Assembly: GCA_035221665.1 (NCBI GenBank)
Contig: CM069159.1
Coordinates: 35,154,001-35,218,000, forward strand
Length of the DNA: 64,000 bases
Source of the DNA: Okamejei kenojei
Lineage: Eukaryota
Direction: 5' to 3'
The notes under the pieces: model-generated
What the model saw: the letters and a program-made list of their open reading frames with translations, nothing else
Databases searched by the model: none
Told to the model about the DNA's origin: nothing
Shown here: one piece after another, positions 1 to 13,124 of the stretch
How positions within the stretch are numbered: position 1 is the stretch's first letter
Layout of the letters: every line of letters begins with the position of its first letter
Position numbers and translations under genes: made by a program

Positions 1-159
1 AACTGATTCAATGACTTGAGACAGCCCATGGTCAGCTCCATCCCATCGTGGAGCGCAGGGGGAGCACACATTTCTATTCCACTTTTATAACGAATGCAGA
101 AACTATCCTTTACTGGAGGGAAAATTGGGAACATCGAGTGACAAGATTTATATTTGATC

Positions 160-730
160 CTTGTTTAATCTTCCCTTTCTGCTCCCCTTTATCCCACCAT
201 CCCTCACCCTTTGGTTTCTCCACTTTACACACCCCTTCCTCAGTAATGAACCATTCTACATTTCATTACCATTATCTGCTTTGATCTGTTGTTTTCACAC
301 CTTACCCTTCCATATCTCTAGACTCCCTCTCCCCTGATTCTCAGTCTGAAGAACGGTCTCCACCTGAAATGTCGCCTATTCCATCTCTCCAGAGATGCAG
401 CCTGACCCGCAGACGAGGAAACACTTTTTCTCACAGAGGGTTGTGAGTCTGTGGAATTCTCTGCCTCAGAGGGCGGTGGAGGCCGGTTCTCTGGATGCTT
501 TTAAGAGAGAGCTAGATAGGGTTCTTAAAAATAGTGCGGAGTCAGGGGTTGTGGGGAGAAGGCAGGAACGGGGCACTGATTGGGGATGATCAGCCATGAT
601 CACATTGAATGGCGGTGCTGGCTCGAAGGGCCAAATGGCCTACTCCTGCACCTATTATCTATTGTCTTACTTTAGCATGTTGTGTCTATCTTTAGTGTAT
701 AACGAGCACCTGCAGTTCCTTCCTACACAC
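160..730 (+). mobile_element. Penelope-like element (PLE) 3' end with degenerate hammerhead core (346-373), split by a CR1 insertion at 411-667
   Basis: Shares 3' UTR sequence (ccattctac..tgctttgatctg..ctagactccctctcccctga..cagtctgaaga) with the PLE at 24141-24525. The tail resumes after 667 (tactttagcatgttgtgtctatc..gcagttccttcc). Confidence 0.7.
411..667 (+). mobile_element. CR1 LINE, 5'-truncated 3' end
   Basis: Encodes RKHFFSQRVVSLWNSLPQRAVEA (CR1 ORF2 C-terminus), then 3' UTR and ctattgt-type tail. Confidence 0.9.
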
Positions 731-1233
731 TTCATTAATTTGGGAGGCTCCTGCCAATGCACCTTGATTAGTTCTTGCTGCTAATTGGAGGAGAGTATAA
801 TGGGTGGGATTGTGAGAATGATACACTGTGAACTGCCTTTCTGATGATTGGTCAACTTTGTGAGAGAGACGGCACTTTCCTCCCACTTTCCCGTATCGAA
901 GGATATTTGCATTTCCACAAAATCAGATGGCAGGGCACGCATTAAAGATTTAGAGTGCAGAAGAAGGAAGGTCAACCCATTAAACCCACTTCCAGGCTCT
1001 TTCTCCAGTGCCAGCCTTTCCCCTGCAGGTTTTCATTCAATTTTCGGGTATGCTTCCACCACTTTTGCCAGTAATGCATTCCAGATCTGAATGTCTCACT
1101 CTGTAAATATTTTACTTTTTCTCTCCTCTGGTTCTTTTGTCATTTTCCCTGAAGCTGCCCCGTGAGATAACGAAGCCCCCTACCATTTTATTTTGCATTG
1201 TAACAGTTACTGCTTATCATAAAGTATATCGTT

Positions 1234-1333
1234 TAAGAAGGAACTGCAGATGCTGGAAAATCGAAGGTAGACAAAAATGCTGGAGAAACTGCTGAGTTCA
1301 CCCGCTGAGTTTCTCCAGCATTTTTGTCTACCT
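1234..1333. mobile_element. Short inverted (fold-back) PLE-tail insertion
   Basis: Arms gaaggtagacaaaaatgctggagaaact / agtttctccagcatttttgtctaccttc; 17-bp TSD tcataaagtatatcgtt at 1217-1233 and 1334-1350. Confidence 0.85.
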
Positions 1334-2149
1334 TCATAAAGTATATCGTTAGTTGTAAAGCACTTTGGTGCTTCATTAAGGTAACTTGATGAGCATTGTA
1401 TAATTCTCTTTTTATTCCTTTAAAACACCTTCTTACTTTCTGAAGAACAGACTGAGGTAAGACCCATAACGTCGCCTTCCATGTTCTCCAGAGATGCTAC
1501 CTGACCTGCTTAGTTACCTCAGCACTAGAGTCATAGAATGATACAATGTGGAAACAGGCCCAACTTGCCCACACTGGCCAACATGTCCCACTACACCACT
1601 CCCACCTGCCTGCGTTTGGTCTATATCCCTCCAAACCTCTCCTATCCATGCACCAATTTTGAAACTTGGTACAATTCCACATTAAATTTTCCTTCTCAAA
1701 TAATCCCACATTCTCTCATCTCAGTACAAACAAACATACCCACTTTCACTGAATATCAAATATCTAAATGCTTAATTATTTCTCAGATTTGATCCCAGTT
1801 GCTCATTTCTAGATTTGGGAGAGCTTCTTCATTGTTTTAACTGCTACCAAGCAAAGAGGACTGTGTTGGAGTTTCCTGGTAAAGATCCCGGTAAAGTCCA
1901 TAGTCCAATCAGACTCTCATTAACATTGCATAGCCTTGCAAATTTTGACTGTTAATTCATCAAATGATTGTGACTTCATGAGAGAAAGCCAATCCAACAA
2001 GTTTTTTTCTCGTGTTCCTCCAGTTCTCCCTCTCAGAACTAATCGGAATCAAAATATCTCCCCGCCTTCTGTTGATATTATGAACATTTCTCCAGCAGAT
2101 GTTCACTGTCTGATGTCCATAAAGTCCTAATTGGATTTTTAAGTTGATT

Positions 2150-2530
2150 ATTATCCCATTGTCGGAGTGTAGGCATCATTGATAAGGCAGGCATAAAGAT
2201 GGTGATGAACCATCTTCTTAAACTGCTGGAGTCCATGCAGTGTAAATGCCCCTACAGCTCAGTTTCAGAAACGGATCTAGAGTTTTGGCCCAGCTATGGT
2301 GAGACATTGCCCATGTCAGAATGGAATATGGCATGGAGGCAGCTTTGGAGATGCACCTGCTCTACTTGTCCTTCACTGGGAGATGCTGTTGAAAGAGCTT
2401 TGGAGTGTTCTTGCATTGCATCTTGCAGTGATATGCACTGCAGCTATGCTGCACGCGTGGTGGGAGAAATGTATCTTACAGTGACGGAACTGGGACTATA
2501 TTTCTTGTCCAGTTTGCTGAGATGTGTCCT
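2150..2530 (-). mobile_element. Old CR1-clade LINE 3' fragment
   Basis: Degenerate similarity to the relics at 14990-15360 (+) and ~45470-45720 (-); recognised by eye. Confidence 0.45.
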
Positions 2531-2539
2531 TTATTAGCC

Positions 2540-3100
2540 GAGTGATAGAGTATAAAAGCAAGAAGATTTTGCTGGGAATGTACCGAACACCAGTCGAATC
2601 ATAGCTCCTGCATTCTGTGCTGTTCTGGAAACCACATTACAGGAAAGATATAAATGCATTGGAGAGGTATTGAGAGGACTTTTGAACGTTGCCAGGACTG
2701 GAATATTTTAGCTTTGATCCTAGCGTTGGCTCAAGATTGGATAAACTAGGGTTATTTATAAAGGAAGCTGAGGGGAGACTAACTTGAGATGTATGAAATT
2801 ATGAAGAGCTTTAGTGTAAATAAATTGTGTTCCTTTAACAAGGGGTCATAAACCAAGCAGATTGATTAAATGTATTAGTTGGGCGGGAGAGGAGAAGAGG
2901 AAAGGGTGTCTCCATCCAAAGGGTAGAGATGATCTGGAACTCATGGCTGAAAGAGTGGTGGGAAGAGAAACCATGAATGTGTTTAAAGGATACTAATGTT
3001 TACTTGAAGTACCTTGTCCTGTCGGGCTACGGATATGTGCTGGAAGAGGAAAAGCTAGAGAGACAATAGGTCAAATTACCTCCTTCTGCATATTTTATTA
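2540..3100 (+). mobile_element. Old CR1 ORF2 3' fragment
   Basis: Decayed CR1 motifs (gatagagtataaaagcaag..ttctggaaaccacattacaggaaagatat..gctgaggggagact..ctggaactcatggctgaaagagtggtg). Confidence 0.65.
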
Positions 3101-3559
3101 TATCACATTTTTATGTATCATGACCTTACTTCCCATTGGTGACATCCAGCTTAGCTCTGGATTCCAGGTAACTTTGACTGCAGCAGTTCGGGAAAGAAAA
3201 ATCCCACAGCAGGGAAGTAGATTAATTGACTTTCAGGGAGCCTGTACCACCTTAATGGGCAGAATGGCCTTTTCCTTTCACTTTAGGAAGGTGGGCCTCT
3301 GCGAGTTATCAGGTGAAAAAATTCTGCTGTGCCAGCAACACTCTTATCCTAAGAACTAATTGAAAAAAATAACCGGCTGGGAAGCGAGGTCAAAGATTTG
3401 AGTTGAGGACATCCTTTTAATTAACGGGTGGTGACTGGGGGAGGAGGGCTGGAGTGCAATGTTTACTGCACAATAGTTTGTCCAAACTAAGTTGTAACAT
3501 ACTTAAAAAAAACATTATTTTGCTGGACATTTTTTTTCCTGGAAGGAAGTGTCTCTTTA

Positions 3560-4795
3560 AGACAAAGAATTAAAATGAAATAAACATTAAAAATCACAAA
3601 TACAGCAGAAACCATGGGGCCAAATGACCCGATTCAGCACGCTAATGAAATGAAATAGCGCCAGGTATCAATTTAAGCCGAGGTTTCATCAGTAGATTAA
3701 CAACAAAAAAACAGAAAAGAAATGCCATTTAAAATCAAAAGAAAGGTTTCTTTTATCCCCTTGGGCTCCACATAGTTGCCCAGGGAGCAACCATCCTTGG
3801 TGTGATAATCGATGAGCACAAGCCACTGTCTGCCTGGATGAGGGGGGGAGGGGGGAGTGGGGTGGTGGGGGGGGGGGGGGTGGGGGGAAGCCTGGTGATG
3901 TCATGCAGTTGGCACCACGAGCGTTGGCACATAGGTCAGATGCAGTCATTTCCCAGCTGCTGCCATCCAGCTGAACAAGCGCTTATTGTTGGGGAGTCAT
4001 TTGCCTTGAATCCACCACCGAGAATACAGAAACCGGGAAAAGAAAAAGGAGGAGGTTTGTGATCCGAGTTCCTTTTTTTTATAAACGTAGTTTCTGTGCT
4101 TGTTGTCGAGAGGATTTCTGTTGAAGGTCGTGTCAGCGTTAATCTGGGAGGCACTAAAATTTTTTTTTTTTTTAAATATAAGTGAATACATAGTCAAATG
4201 CTTAAAACGATTCATGAATAAATCTTACGATGGGTTTCTTTTTTTTTGGCTTCTGAGAGCAGGTTCTATCCTGTGGCGATTATCATGCTGCTGTTGAATT
4301 CTCTTTACGAGAGGACACAGAGAAAGCCTTTTATCAGATTTATTTTTTGATGTGTTTTTTCCGCCTCTTCCTCCTGCCCACTCGGTGCCAGGGTCTGGGT
4401 CCCTTCCGATGCGGCGGCTAGTCAGTCGCGGCCAGGTCCTTCGTGTAACGTCTGGTGGGACAATGAGTCAGAGACGAGGCTAGTCTGCGCCCCCCCCCCC
4501 CCTTTTGTCCCTGGAGCTGGGAAGGGGGTTGGGTGAGGAAGGAAGATTAAGACCATCTCTTTTTTTTGCTGATTGCCAGCCTTCCCCTTGGGTGTCGAGT
4601 CACAATCGGAAGCTCATGCGCACACGCTCCACAATATGATACCCAAGTGAAAGGGTACTGCACGTCCTACTCAAGCTGCATTCTCCCAGCCTTCCTATCC
4701 GCTCGATGCCTTCCCCGCGCTGTCCACAATCCAGATGGGTACGAACCAGTCGATTTCCCCAAATCAGAGGCGCGCGTAATGACTAGCTGACTCAG
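3560..4795. promoter_or_regulatory. Candidate conserved non-coding element / distal promoter of the miRNA host locus
   Basis: TE-free and locally CpG-enriched. G-runs 3841-3888, TGATGTCA 3896-3903, CAGCTG 3954 and 3968, AP-1 TGAGTCA ~4464 and TGACTCA ~4788. Confidence 0.4.
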
Positions 4796-5060
4796 GGCGC
4801 AGTGGTTTGGTGGTTATGTGGCTGGACTAGTAATCCAGGGGCATCAGTAATAATCCGGTAGCAATGCGTGTCCAGATCACATTGTGACACTTTGAGAATT
4901 TAAATTTGGGCTTTAAATAATTCTATAAATAGAAACTAAGGCTCAGTCAAAGTGACCACAAAGACGCTTGCAAAGACCCATTTGGCCGTCTCTAAAGATA
5001 AAATCTGCCATTTTTACCCACTCTGGGCCAATATGTAACCATTCCATTTTAGGAACCATT
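4795..5060 (+). mobile_element. tRNA-derived SINE relic (LF-SINE-like chondrichthyan family)
   Basis: Head gtggtttggtggttatgtggctggactagtaatccag and body gtgaccac..aaatctgcca..tacccactctgg resemble this family; degenerate. Confidence 0.5.
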
Positions 5061-5071
5061 TTAGGAATTTT

Positions 5072-5203
5072 AGGTCTGAAAAAGGGTCCAGACCTGAAAC
5101 ATCACCCATTCGTTCTCTCCAGAGATGCTGCCTGTCCCGCTGAGTTACTCCAGCGTTTTGAATCTATCTTCGGTGTAAACCAACAATTGCAGATCCTTCC
5201 TAC
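5072..5203 (+). mobile_element. PLE tail insertion with degenerate hammerhead core (5076-5103)
   Basis: ctgaaaaagggtccagacctgaaacatc followed by the family tail ccagagatgctgcctgtcccgctgagttactccagc. Confidence 0.8.
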
Positions 5204-6159
5204 CCATTCAGTTTTAATTCCCTCTAAAGTTTGTAGCAAGACACGGTTCTCCCAGATACGTACGGAACAAAGGCCCCCTTTGATCAACCTAAAACTCCAT
5301 ATTAACTCCTCACCCGTTCATAAATAGTCTTAAAGGGACTCAGATATAAACCTACTCCAGGTTCTCCATTTTTGAATTGGCTATAGTTTAATTTATAACA
5401 TGCAAGTGGTCCACATTCTGACATGCAATTATAATTAATATATCTTTGTATGAAATGCTGAGCTGAGTGAACCGGAAGGACTTACGGAGTTCCCCACAAA
5501 TGGGTCAAAAACCAGGCACATAAATTTCAGATAATTAGTTGGATTAGAGAGATCATGAGGAAAGAGTCGTTTTCATCCAGAAGGTGAGGATGGCTTTTTG
5601 GAGAGGATTTGCAACAAGGTTTCATAAAGCTGAAAACTTATTTGTAGAGCTGGTGTTTTCTTCAGAGGCAAAAGGATATAATACAACTTTAAAATGCTGC
5701 AAGACTGAAATGGATGTTAATTGGCTTTTCAATTTTTAATTGCCTCATTTGGAGGAGTATGTTGATTACAGGATAATGCAGGTCAGAAAAACCAGGAGTT
5801 AAAACCCCACCCTGACATTTGTGCATTTTAATTCACTTTTAAATAAAAGTAACGAGATTTAATTCAAATCTGATATCTAATGGTTATCCACAGTGCTATG
5901 CAATAGCCACGTAAGACTCAGCTTATTCACCCTGGTGTCCTATTTGGAAGGACATGTGGATCTATACAGGGTATGGACCTCTACATGAGGTCCCACATTG
6001 CTATTGCCCCAAAATTGCTCTCTGCAAAAGCACCACTGGGTTACAAACTGATAGGTGACTAACCAACATCTACAAGTTCCATGCATGTCCATGGATCAGT
6101 TAGCTTTTGCCAGCCTTCACAGCCAACAAACTTTGCCACCATCAGTGTAGATAATGGGT

Positions 6160-6353
6160 GGGAAGGAACTGCAGATGCTGGTTTACACCGAAGATGGACA
6201 CAAAATGCTGGAGTGAAGGAACGGGTGACGTTTCGAGTTGAGACCCTTCTTCAGACTTCGTCCTCGAAGGATCTCGACCCGAAACCTCACCCATTCCTTC
6301 TTTCCAGAGATGCTGCCTGTCCCACTGAATTACTCCAGCTTTTTGTGACTATC
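6160..6353. mobile_element. Inverted pair of PLE tails joined at the hammerhead motif
   Basis: Minus copy ends gacgtttcgagttgagacccttcttcagac; plus copy gaaggatctcgacccgaaacctcaccc; degenerate TSD gtagata(t)..atgggt. Confidence 0.8.
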
Positions 6354-7379
6354 TGCGTAGATTACATGGGTCAGCCTCACAGTTAAACATACAGAGAAAG
6401 GAAAGTGGGTAAACTGGCATCCATCTTGTCCCTTCAGGTTCCAGCCAGATGATAACATCGTTCCAGCTCTATTTTGAGCTAATCCACTGTAATCTACAAT
6501 AGAATTTATTTTGTACTGATTGACTGCTTATACATGCTGGTGTTTTGAATCTAGCTGAAACAGCTGGGAAAGGGCAAGGTCTGTTGTGTGCAGTGACGTT
6601 CATGTAAGCAACTCCTATCTGAACTAAAGACATGGAATGCAATCTTGGAACGATGGAATCCATTGTTCAATGTGTCGTACTGCTCATTCCCTACTGTTCC
6701 AAGTTGGTCAAACGTCAAGAAAATGGACAGATTAATACTGACCCTTTCTACATTATCAAATCACTCACACAGGTAATGCCAGGTAGCTCTGCACTTGTTC
6801 TGAGACTTTATTTTATACATAAGATAAGAAGCTATGTACATTGATACCCAATATATGGTACAATAATAGTGAATCTTGCATATCATATTTTAATCCTACT
6901 GTACAGAATGGAATAATACAATTTGTCACTGTATAAAAATGTGTAGTATGCATTATCTAGTGTTAAATGACCATTTTGTGTTACAGCAATATGATTCAAA
7001 GGGATCACATGGAATTGGAATCAGTTCGTAGGTGCATAGGTTCTAGGTGTTGAATCAGGTCAATCGGCCCATCATGTTTTCTCCGCCATTCAATTATGAC
7101 TGATCTATCTTTCCCTCTCAATCCCCAATCCCCATAACCCCGACCCCTCACCAATCAAGAACCCATCAATCTCTTCCTTAAAAATATCCATTGACTTGGC
7201 CTTCTGTTTGGCAAGTCCATTAAATCATTGGTGGAAGAGATGTGAAGGGCTGAATGGTGTCCATTTCTATGATGTAAAATCAGGCTGTGAACACATCAGG
7301 CAAGCATTGATGTTGTCATTAATGTGTGATGTTGTCGACAGCTTAGGAGGAAGACCAGAGGAGAAGAGGGTTTGAGGAA

Positions 7380-7900
7380 AGATGACAAAGACGAAGAGAG
7401 GATTCCATCATGATGCAGGTAAGATTATTAAGTAAGGAGGTCAATTAATTCTACGTTGTCAAAATGGACAGAACAACGTGAGAAACAACGACAAAGTCAA
7501 TAGGCTATGGCATATAGAGGGATGATATTTGAAGCATTATTATATAATATAAAATGGTACGAGAGAAATATTTGGAGCAATTTTCTGAAGGATGAACTGA
7601 TAATGTCAATCATCCACTTGGACAAAGGCCAGGGATGAAAAGACAGAAGGATTGGAGAGCTCTGTGTCTGCGGGTGGGAATGAACAATAGATGATGAAGA
7701 ATCTGGAAGCTTGTGACGAGTGGTGTCCCCCCCACATGCCACTACTTTAAGTCTTTAACTATTATGCAGGTTAATTGGAACATGATTAGGAGCTTTATCT
7801 GATACAACAGTTAAATAGAAGAGACAGAGAGAGCTATTATTAAAGTAAAGCATAATATAACTCTCTGTTAAAATGGGCTCTTGGATAGTGACCTTCCTAC
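7380..7900 (+). mobile_element. Very old CR1 RT-region relic
   Basis: Decayed RT-like segments (atctggaagcttgtgacgagtggtgtcccccc; agctttatctgatacaac). Confidence 0.4.
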
Positions 7901-8093
7901 CTGGTTGATCATTGGGTCATGCATATTATTCTGCATCAGGTCATCTCACCAGAAACTTGAGTGCATAATCCAGGCTACTGTCTTGTGCAGTGCTGAGAAA
8001 ACCGTACACCGTCAGAGGTACAGTCCTCTAGATGTCTTGTTGAGCCTACTCTCTCTTTTAAATCATATGAAAGTTGGATAGAGCTCTAGGGGA

Positions 8094-8540
8094 CGATCAG
8101 CCATGATCACAATGAATGGCGGTGCTGGCTCGAAGAGCCGAATGGCCTCCTCCTGCACCTATTTTCTATATCTATGTCTATAAGGGGTTGGACAGGCTAG
8201 ATGCAGGAAGATTGTTCCCGATATAGGGGAACTCCAGAACAAGGGGTCACAGTTTAAGGATAAGGGGGAAGTCTTTTAGGACCGAGATGAGAAGATCTTT
8301 TTTCACACAGAGAGTGGTGAGTCTGTGGAATTCTCTGCCACAGAAGGTAGTTGAGGCCAGTTCATTGGCTATATTTAAGAGGGAGTTAGATGTGGCCCTT
8401 GTGGCTAAAGGGATCAGGGGGTATGGAGAGAAGGCAGGTACAGGATACTGAGTTGGATGATCAGCCATGATCATATTGAATGGTGGTGCAGGCTCGCAGG
8501 GCCAAATGGCCAACTCCTGCACCTATTTTCTATGATTCTA
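8094..8540 (+). mobile_element. CR1 LINE 3' end (8181-8540) preceded by an extra CR1 3' tail (8094-8180)
   Basis: ORF2 end ..FRTEMRRSFFTQRVVSLWNSLPQKVVEA.., 3' UTR, tail cctattttctatg. Confidence 0.9.
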
Positions 8541-8609
8541 TAAAGATTCCATGGCACCATTTTGTGCATGGGAGGGGGGGGGGGGGGGGAAATTCTGTGT
8601 GGTATCTTG

Positions 8610-8800
8610 GCCAATACTGATCTCTCCAGCAGAACACCTCCCGTTCCGCTGCCACAAACATCCACCAGTTTCACGATGCTGTTTGTGGCTCTCTGGAGCG
8701 TGCAGATTGGCAGCCACGTTTCCAACATTACAACAGCGACCACATGTCTAAACTATTTCATTAGCTGAGGTCATGAAAGGCGCTACAGAAACGCAAACCA
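8610..8800 (+). mobile_element. Deu-domain SINE (SacSINE1-like) 3' part
   Basis: gctgtttgtgg..gtgcagattggcagccacgtttccaacattacaacag..gaggtcatgaaaggcgctac. Confidence 0.6.
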
Positions 8801-9524
8801 CCCTTTCCTCACTGATCCCGTCAGTGAATGCCTCCTTACTCACATTTATAAAAGCACTTTTCTCTCGTTGCCGTTTGAGGCACTTTTACCAAATCTCGTT
8901 TCTCCAGAATTCTCAGTCCATCGGTTTCCCTAAACACGAGGCAATACACGATGGATTGGTGTTGTTTGTTTATACTAGGGGGACATGTATGGGCTGACAT
9001 TATAGTTTTAAGAAACTCTGGTGTGTTCCCAATTTTGCTACCAGCTCGGGCCTCAGCACCATTGGGAGTGGGTGGGGAAACTATTCCTCCTCTCCACCAC
9101 ATGTTGGAAAATTCCATGTTTTGAGCTATTTGCATGTGAATACGCACGCATTCAATAATCCAACAGCATTGCCTTCACACAGCTATAACATGTGGGGAGG
9201 ATCCAGTGCCAAAGCCAATGAATGCACGATCTACATGAATAAAGCTATTAACAAATTGGAGAGGAAGTTTATTACTCAGAGGATGGTTAGAAGATGGAGA
9301 TGGTTATCACAGAAGCATTTCTTCTCTTTTGCTTAAGCAGTCCCTCGGGATCAAAGATGACTTGCTTCCACTCCAGCCTTGAGGATTGGAAGGTGCTATC
9401 TAGCAACGTGGGAGATTGGTGTACACCAGCCAGCACACAGCATTGACAGACCAAAGTCCTGGTGCATTGGTAAGGAGATCCAAAATGACTGGAAAATATC
9501 TGCTGCATGGATTCAGATCAAATG

Positions 9525-9800
9525 TATCTCTCTATCTCTACCTCTATCTCCCTCTCTCCCTCTCTCTCTCTATCTCTCTCTTTCCTCTTTTTTTCTTTCT
9601 CTCTTTTTCTCTCCATGCATCAGTAACTTCTCTCACAGCCTCTTAACCATGTCCACTTCCTAACTTTCCCCCACAGTCGATGCCCTCCCTTGGTTCCCTT
9701 CTCTCTTCACTCTCTTCAACTTCACTCACCCCATTCCCTCTTAGCATTTTCCCCTTCCCTTTCTCTTTCAATTCTCTTGCTCTCTCCCCCTATCTCCAGC
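9525..9800. repeat. CT-rich low-complexity polypyrimidine tract
   Basis: Degenerate (CT)n/(CTTT)n runs. Confidence 0.8.
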
Positions 9801-10868
9801 GGCGACCTGCTTGCTGCCTCTCCCAGAATAAGGTCACCTTCCATCATTGCTACGGCTTACCCTCTTCAGAAAAGCAATAGTTGCTGACTGCCCTTCCCTC
9901 ACCATCCGATCCCCACCTTGGTCCCAGGGAGTAGGGCTGCCCAAAGCTGGTTTCCTACATTAGATCTCTTCCAGAAAACTTTGAAAGAATCTTCCACCAC
10001 CAGCCTGGTGTTGCTTGGCATTGACAGCTCACAGTCTCCCCGTGGGCTGTGGGCAGACTAGTGGGTTATGGTGTATGGTTTCTTAGACAACGGAGACAGA
10101 TTCAACCTGAACAATTGGAAGCCAGTCACTCAGTCACTCCCATCGCTCGGCATATGCAATGACACTAAACTCACGGGGCCTCCTGCCTTGGCCCAGACTC
10201 ATAGGGACTCTCTTCCACACTATCCTGGTCACCCAGGTTTAGAGGTCATGTGAGAACGACAGAGGGCCTAAGAAGTTGAAGATGGGTTCTGATGGTCACA
10301 AGAAAATAGGGACAGGAGCAGACCTGGCTTTTCAAACCTGTTGTGTTGATCAATGCCATCATGGCAGATCTCCCGCAGGCCTCAATTTCTTTGCTGCGCT
10401 GGTTTCATATATCCCCCAGATACAAACTCACTGCCCAATGCATTACATGCAATTGGATACAAGATAAATAGGCAGAACGGGAAATTGCTTAATAGGTATG
10501 ATAAAGAGCTTTTGTGGAATTAAATTGTGACCCATTTCTGGACTGTAAGTTCTATGTCATTACATGAAGACAGGTGACCTGGGCAACGTACCAGAGGAAT
10601 GTCAACAGACATAAAAAATACATCCCCTCAGGGGTAAACATCTACCTGAAAGAGGAAGAATTTCATTAGAAAATAAATGAAACAACTCTTCCTATTTTGC
10701 AGTTCTGATTTTCCTATCTATTTCTTCAGACACTCAAACTTGTGCTGTGCTGATTCTTCTCAGAATGCCAAGGAATAAGCCAAACCATCTACAAAAATAT
10801 GGAAATGTGCTGAGTGGTAGCGATGGTGAGTCTTATTTTATTTTGCAAGAAAACAGCAGGTATTTTCA

Positions 10869-11150
10869 ATAGACAATAGGTGCAGGAGTAGGCCATTCGG
10901 CCCTTCGATTCAGCACCGCCATTCAATGTGATCATGGCTGATCATCCCCAATCAGTACCCCGTTCCTGCCTTCTCCCCGTATCCCCTGACTCCGCTATTT
11001 TTAAGAGCCCTAACTAGCTCTCTCTTAGAAGCATCCAGAGAACCTGCCTCCGCCGCCCTCTGAGGCAGAGAATTCCACAGACTCACCACTCTGTGTGAGA
11101 AAAAGTGTTTCCTCGTCTCCGTTCTAAATGGCTTACTCCTTATTCTTACT
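10869..11150 (-). mobile_element. CR1 LINE 3' end (young)
   Basis: ORF 10952..11245(-) includes RIRSKPFRTETRKHFFSHRVVSLWNSLPQRA; tail aatagacaatagg on +. Confidence 0.9.
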
Positions 11151-11331
11151 CCTCGGATCATATTCAAATTCCATGCCTGAACATAGTCATGACTCTCGCT
11201 GTCAACACTCCAGCATTGCCACTCAGTGTCCAGGCATAATGACATGTTTTGCTACTTTCCTTGAACATTTAAAAATGAAAGGATGAAAATATTGGAGGTC
11301 AAATAAATGGTTTAATAGGATAGGGTGGATG

Positions 11332-11510
11332 GAGTCAAGAGTCAAGAGTGTTTTATTGTCATATGTTCCAGATGGGATAATGAAATTCTTACTTGCTGCA
11401 GCACAACAGAATATATATATATATATGTGAACATTGAATATAAGGGGGGGAAGAGAAAAAAAAAGAAAAAGTTCAATAAATAACAAGTATAGTGCCATAA
11501 TAATATAGTA
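11332..11510 (-). mobile_element. Rex1/Babar-type LINE 3' UTR fragment
   Basis: (agtcaag)n tail plus tttattgtcat..aatgaaattctt..gcacaacag, matching the 3' UTR at 59180-59260. Confidence 0.7.
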
Positions 11511-11889
11511 TTTTGCAGGTGAGAGATGATGTGACAACATCTCCAGTAAGTCGTTCAAACTTGGCTACTCCTTACCCATTGCAGTGGCTTTTTGAAAATC
11601 CACTGACAACCTTAAACTTTGCAACATCAATTAAAAAATAAGGTCAAACTAATTGCGGCTCCAAGAATGATCAGTTTCTGCAAGAACATATGCTTCCAAT
11701 ATTGGGCTCCCATTTCATTGAGTCTATCCATCCTTGTGGTCACAGACTGAGGCTGAACCAGACCGTTCGTAATCCCGTGTCCTACTTTCCTGCAGGATCA
11801 TTTTCCAATCCCACTTTAAGTCGGCTTATTTCTAAGACCCATCTCTATGTCAGCCAAAGTTCTCATTTTTGGACTTGTAAGTTCGAAGC

Positions 11890-11950
11890 CCTCCTCACCA
11901 GTCCCCCCCTCCTCACTAGTCCCCCCTTCTCAACAGTCCCCCTCCTCACC
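11890..11950. repeat. ~17-18 bp minisatellite (cctcctcacyagtcccc), 3-4 copies
   Basis: Direct inspection. Confidence 0.75.
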
Positions 11951-11954
11951 CTAT

Positions 11955-12075
11955 TTTGTGTTTTTTTTGTTGTTTTTTTGTTATATTATTTATTATGATT
12001 ACATATTCTGTAGTGCTCCTGCAGGTAAGAATTTCACTGTTCTATCTGGGACATAAAACCCTCTTAACTCTTGAC
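11955..12075 (+). mobile_element. Rex1/Babar-type LINE 3' UTR fragment, opposite orientation to 11332-11510
   Basis: ctg..gcaggtaagaatttcactgttctatctgggacataaaac..actcttgac. Confidence 0.6.
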
Positions 12076-12825
12076 ATCCTCTCCCAAGACTATGTGATTT
12101 AACTCAAACTGAGCCTCATTCATTTATATTACTTCCTAGTCTCGTGTGTTTTCAAATCGATTCAGAGTCTTCTTCCAATCGATGCAACCTTCTCCAGTGT
12201 GACAGACATTCAGCAACTCATCTCTTCTCTTCTGTGTACATGCCCTGACAGATGTACCTTTTGATACCTAGGACCTGAATTCTGGAGATATTTCCCAAAA
12301 CCTCATGAACTGCCTACCACAATCTCATTCTTTATTTTGCTCTCAAAACCTGTCACTTTTGGCAAACCTTGGCTCACTTGCCCTAATGCTTCCAAAAGTA
12401 ACTCTGACTTTTTTTGGATGAGACTTCGGTGAAGTATCCTGGAACATTTCACTGCCCAAAAGGCACAATAAGATGATGTTGATTGTGGATGTAGGAAAAG
12501 GAGTTGCTCACTTTAATGTCAGACAGTCTCTGGGCAAACCAATGAACAGCTTCATAGCTGGCTACCATGTTTAGTTTTCCAATGGCCAGTATCTTTTTTT
12601 CCCAGATGTTGTGGGTCGAGGTAAAACACAAAGGCCAAAGGTTATGATAACTATTCAGGCTAAAGGTGGCCAATTCAGTGGAGCAGTAGCCATAGTGAAA
12701 AATTGAGAGATGACAAAGGAATTAGCAGTTTGGTAAAACTCTCAGAAATATGCGTTTTAATAGTATCGTACATTTCCGTTTCCAAGAAATCATATTACGG
12801 TAGAACACAGAAACTGATCAGTCTG

Positions 12826-13124
12826 CCTTTAGACTCTGGAGATACAACGCAAAAACAGGCCCTTCAACCCACCGAGTCCGTGCCGACCAGCGATCGCCCC
12901 GTACAGAAGCACTACCCTACACACCGAGGTTAATTTACAATTTTTACTGAAGCCAATTAACCTTCAAACCTGTGCGTCATTGGAGTGTGGGAGGAGACCG
13001 GAGCACCCGCATAAAGCCCACGCGGTCACGGGGAGAATGTACAAACTCCGTCCAAGCAGCGCCCGTAGTCAGGATCGAACCCGGGTCTCTGGCGCTGCGG
13101 CAGCAACTCTAGCGCTGTGCCGCC
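12826..13124 (-). mobile_element. HE1-type V-SINE (tRNA-derived), near full length
   Basis: Minus-strand B box GGTTCGATCC (13072-13081), V-domain gtttgtacattctccccgtgaccgcgtggg, CR1-like tail. Confidence 0.85.

Noticed and set aside
13040-13124. tRNA-like A/B boxes
   Set aside because: They are the head of a V-SINE; no complete cloverleaf.
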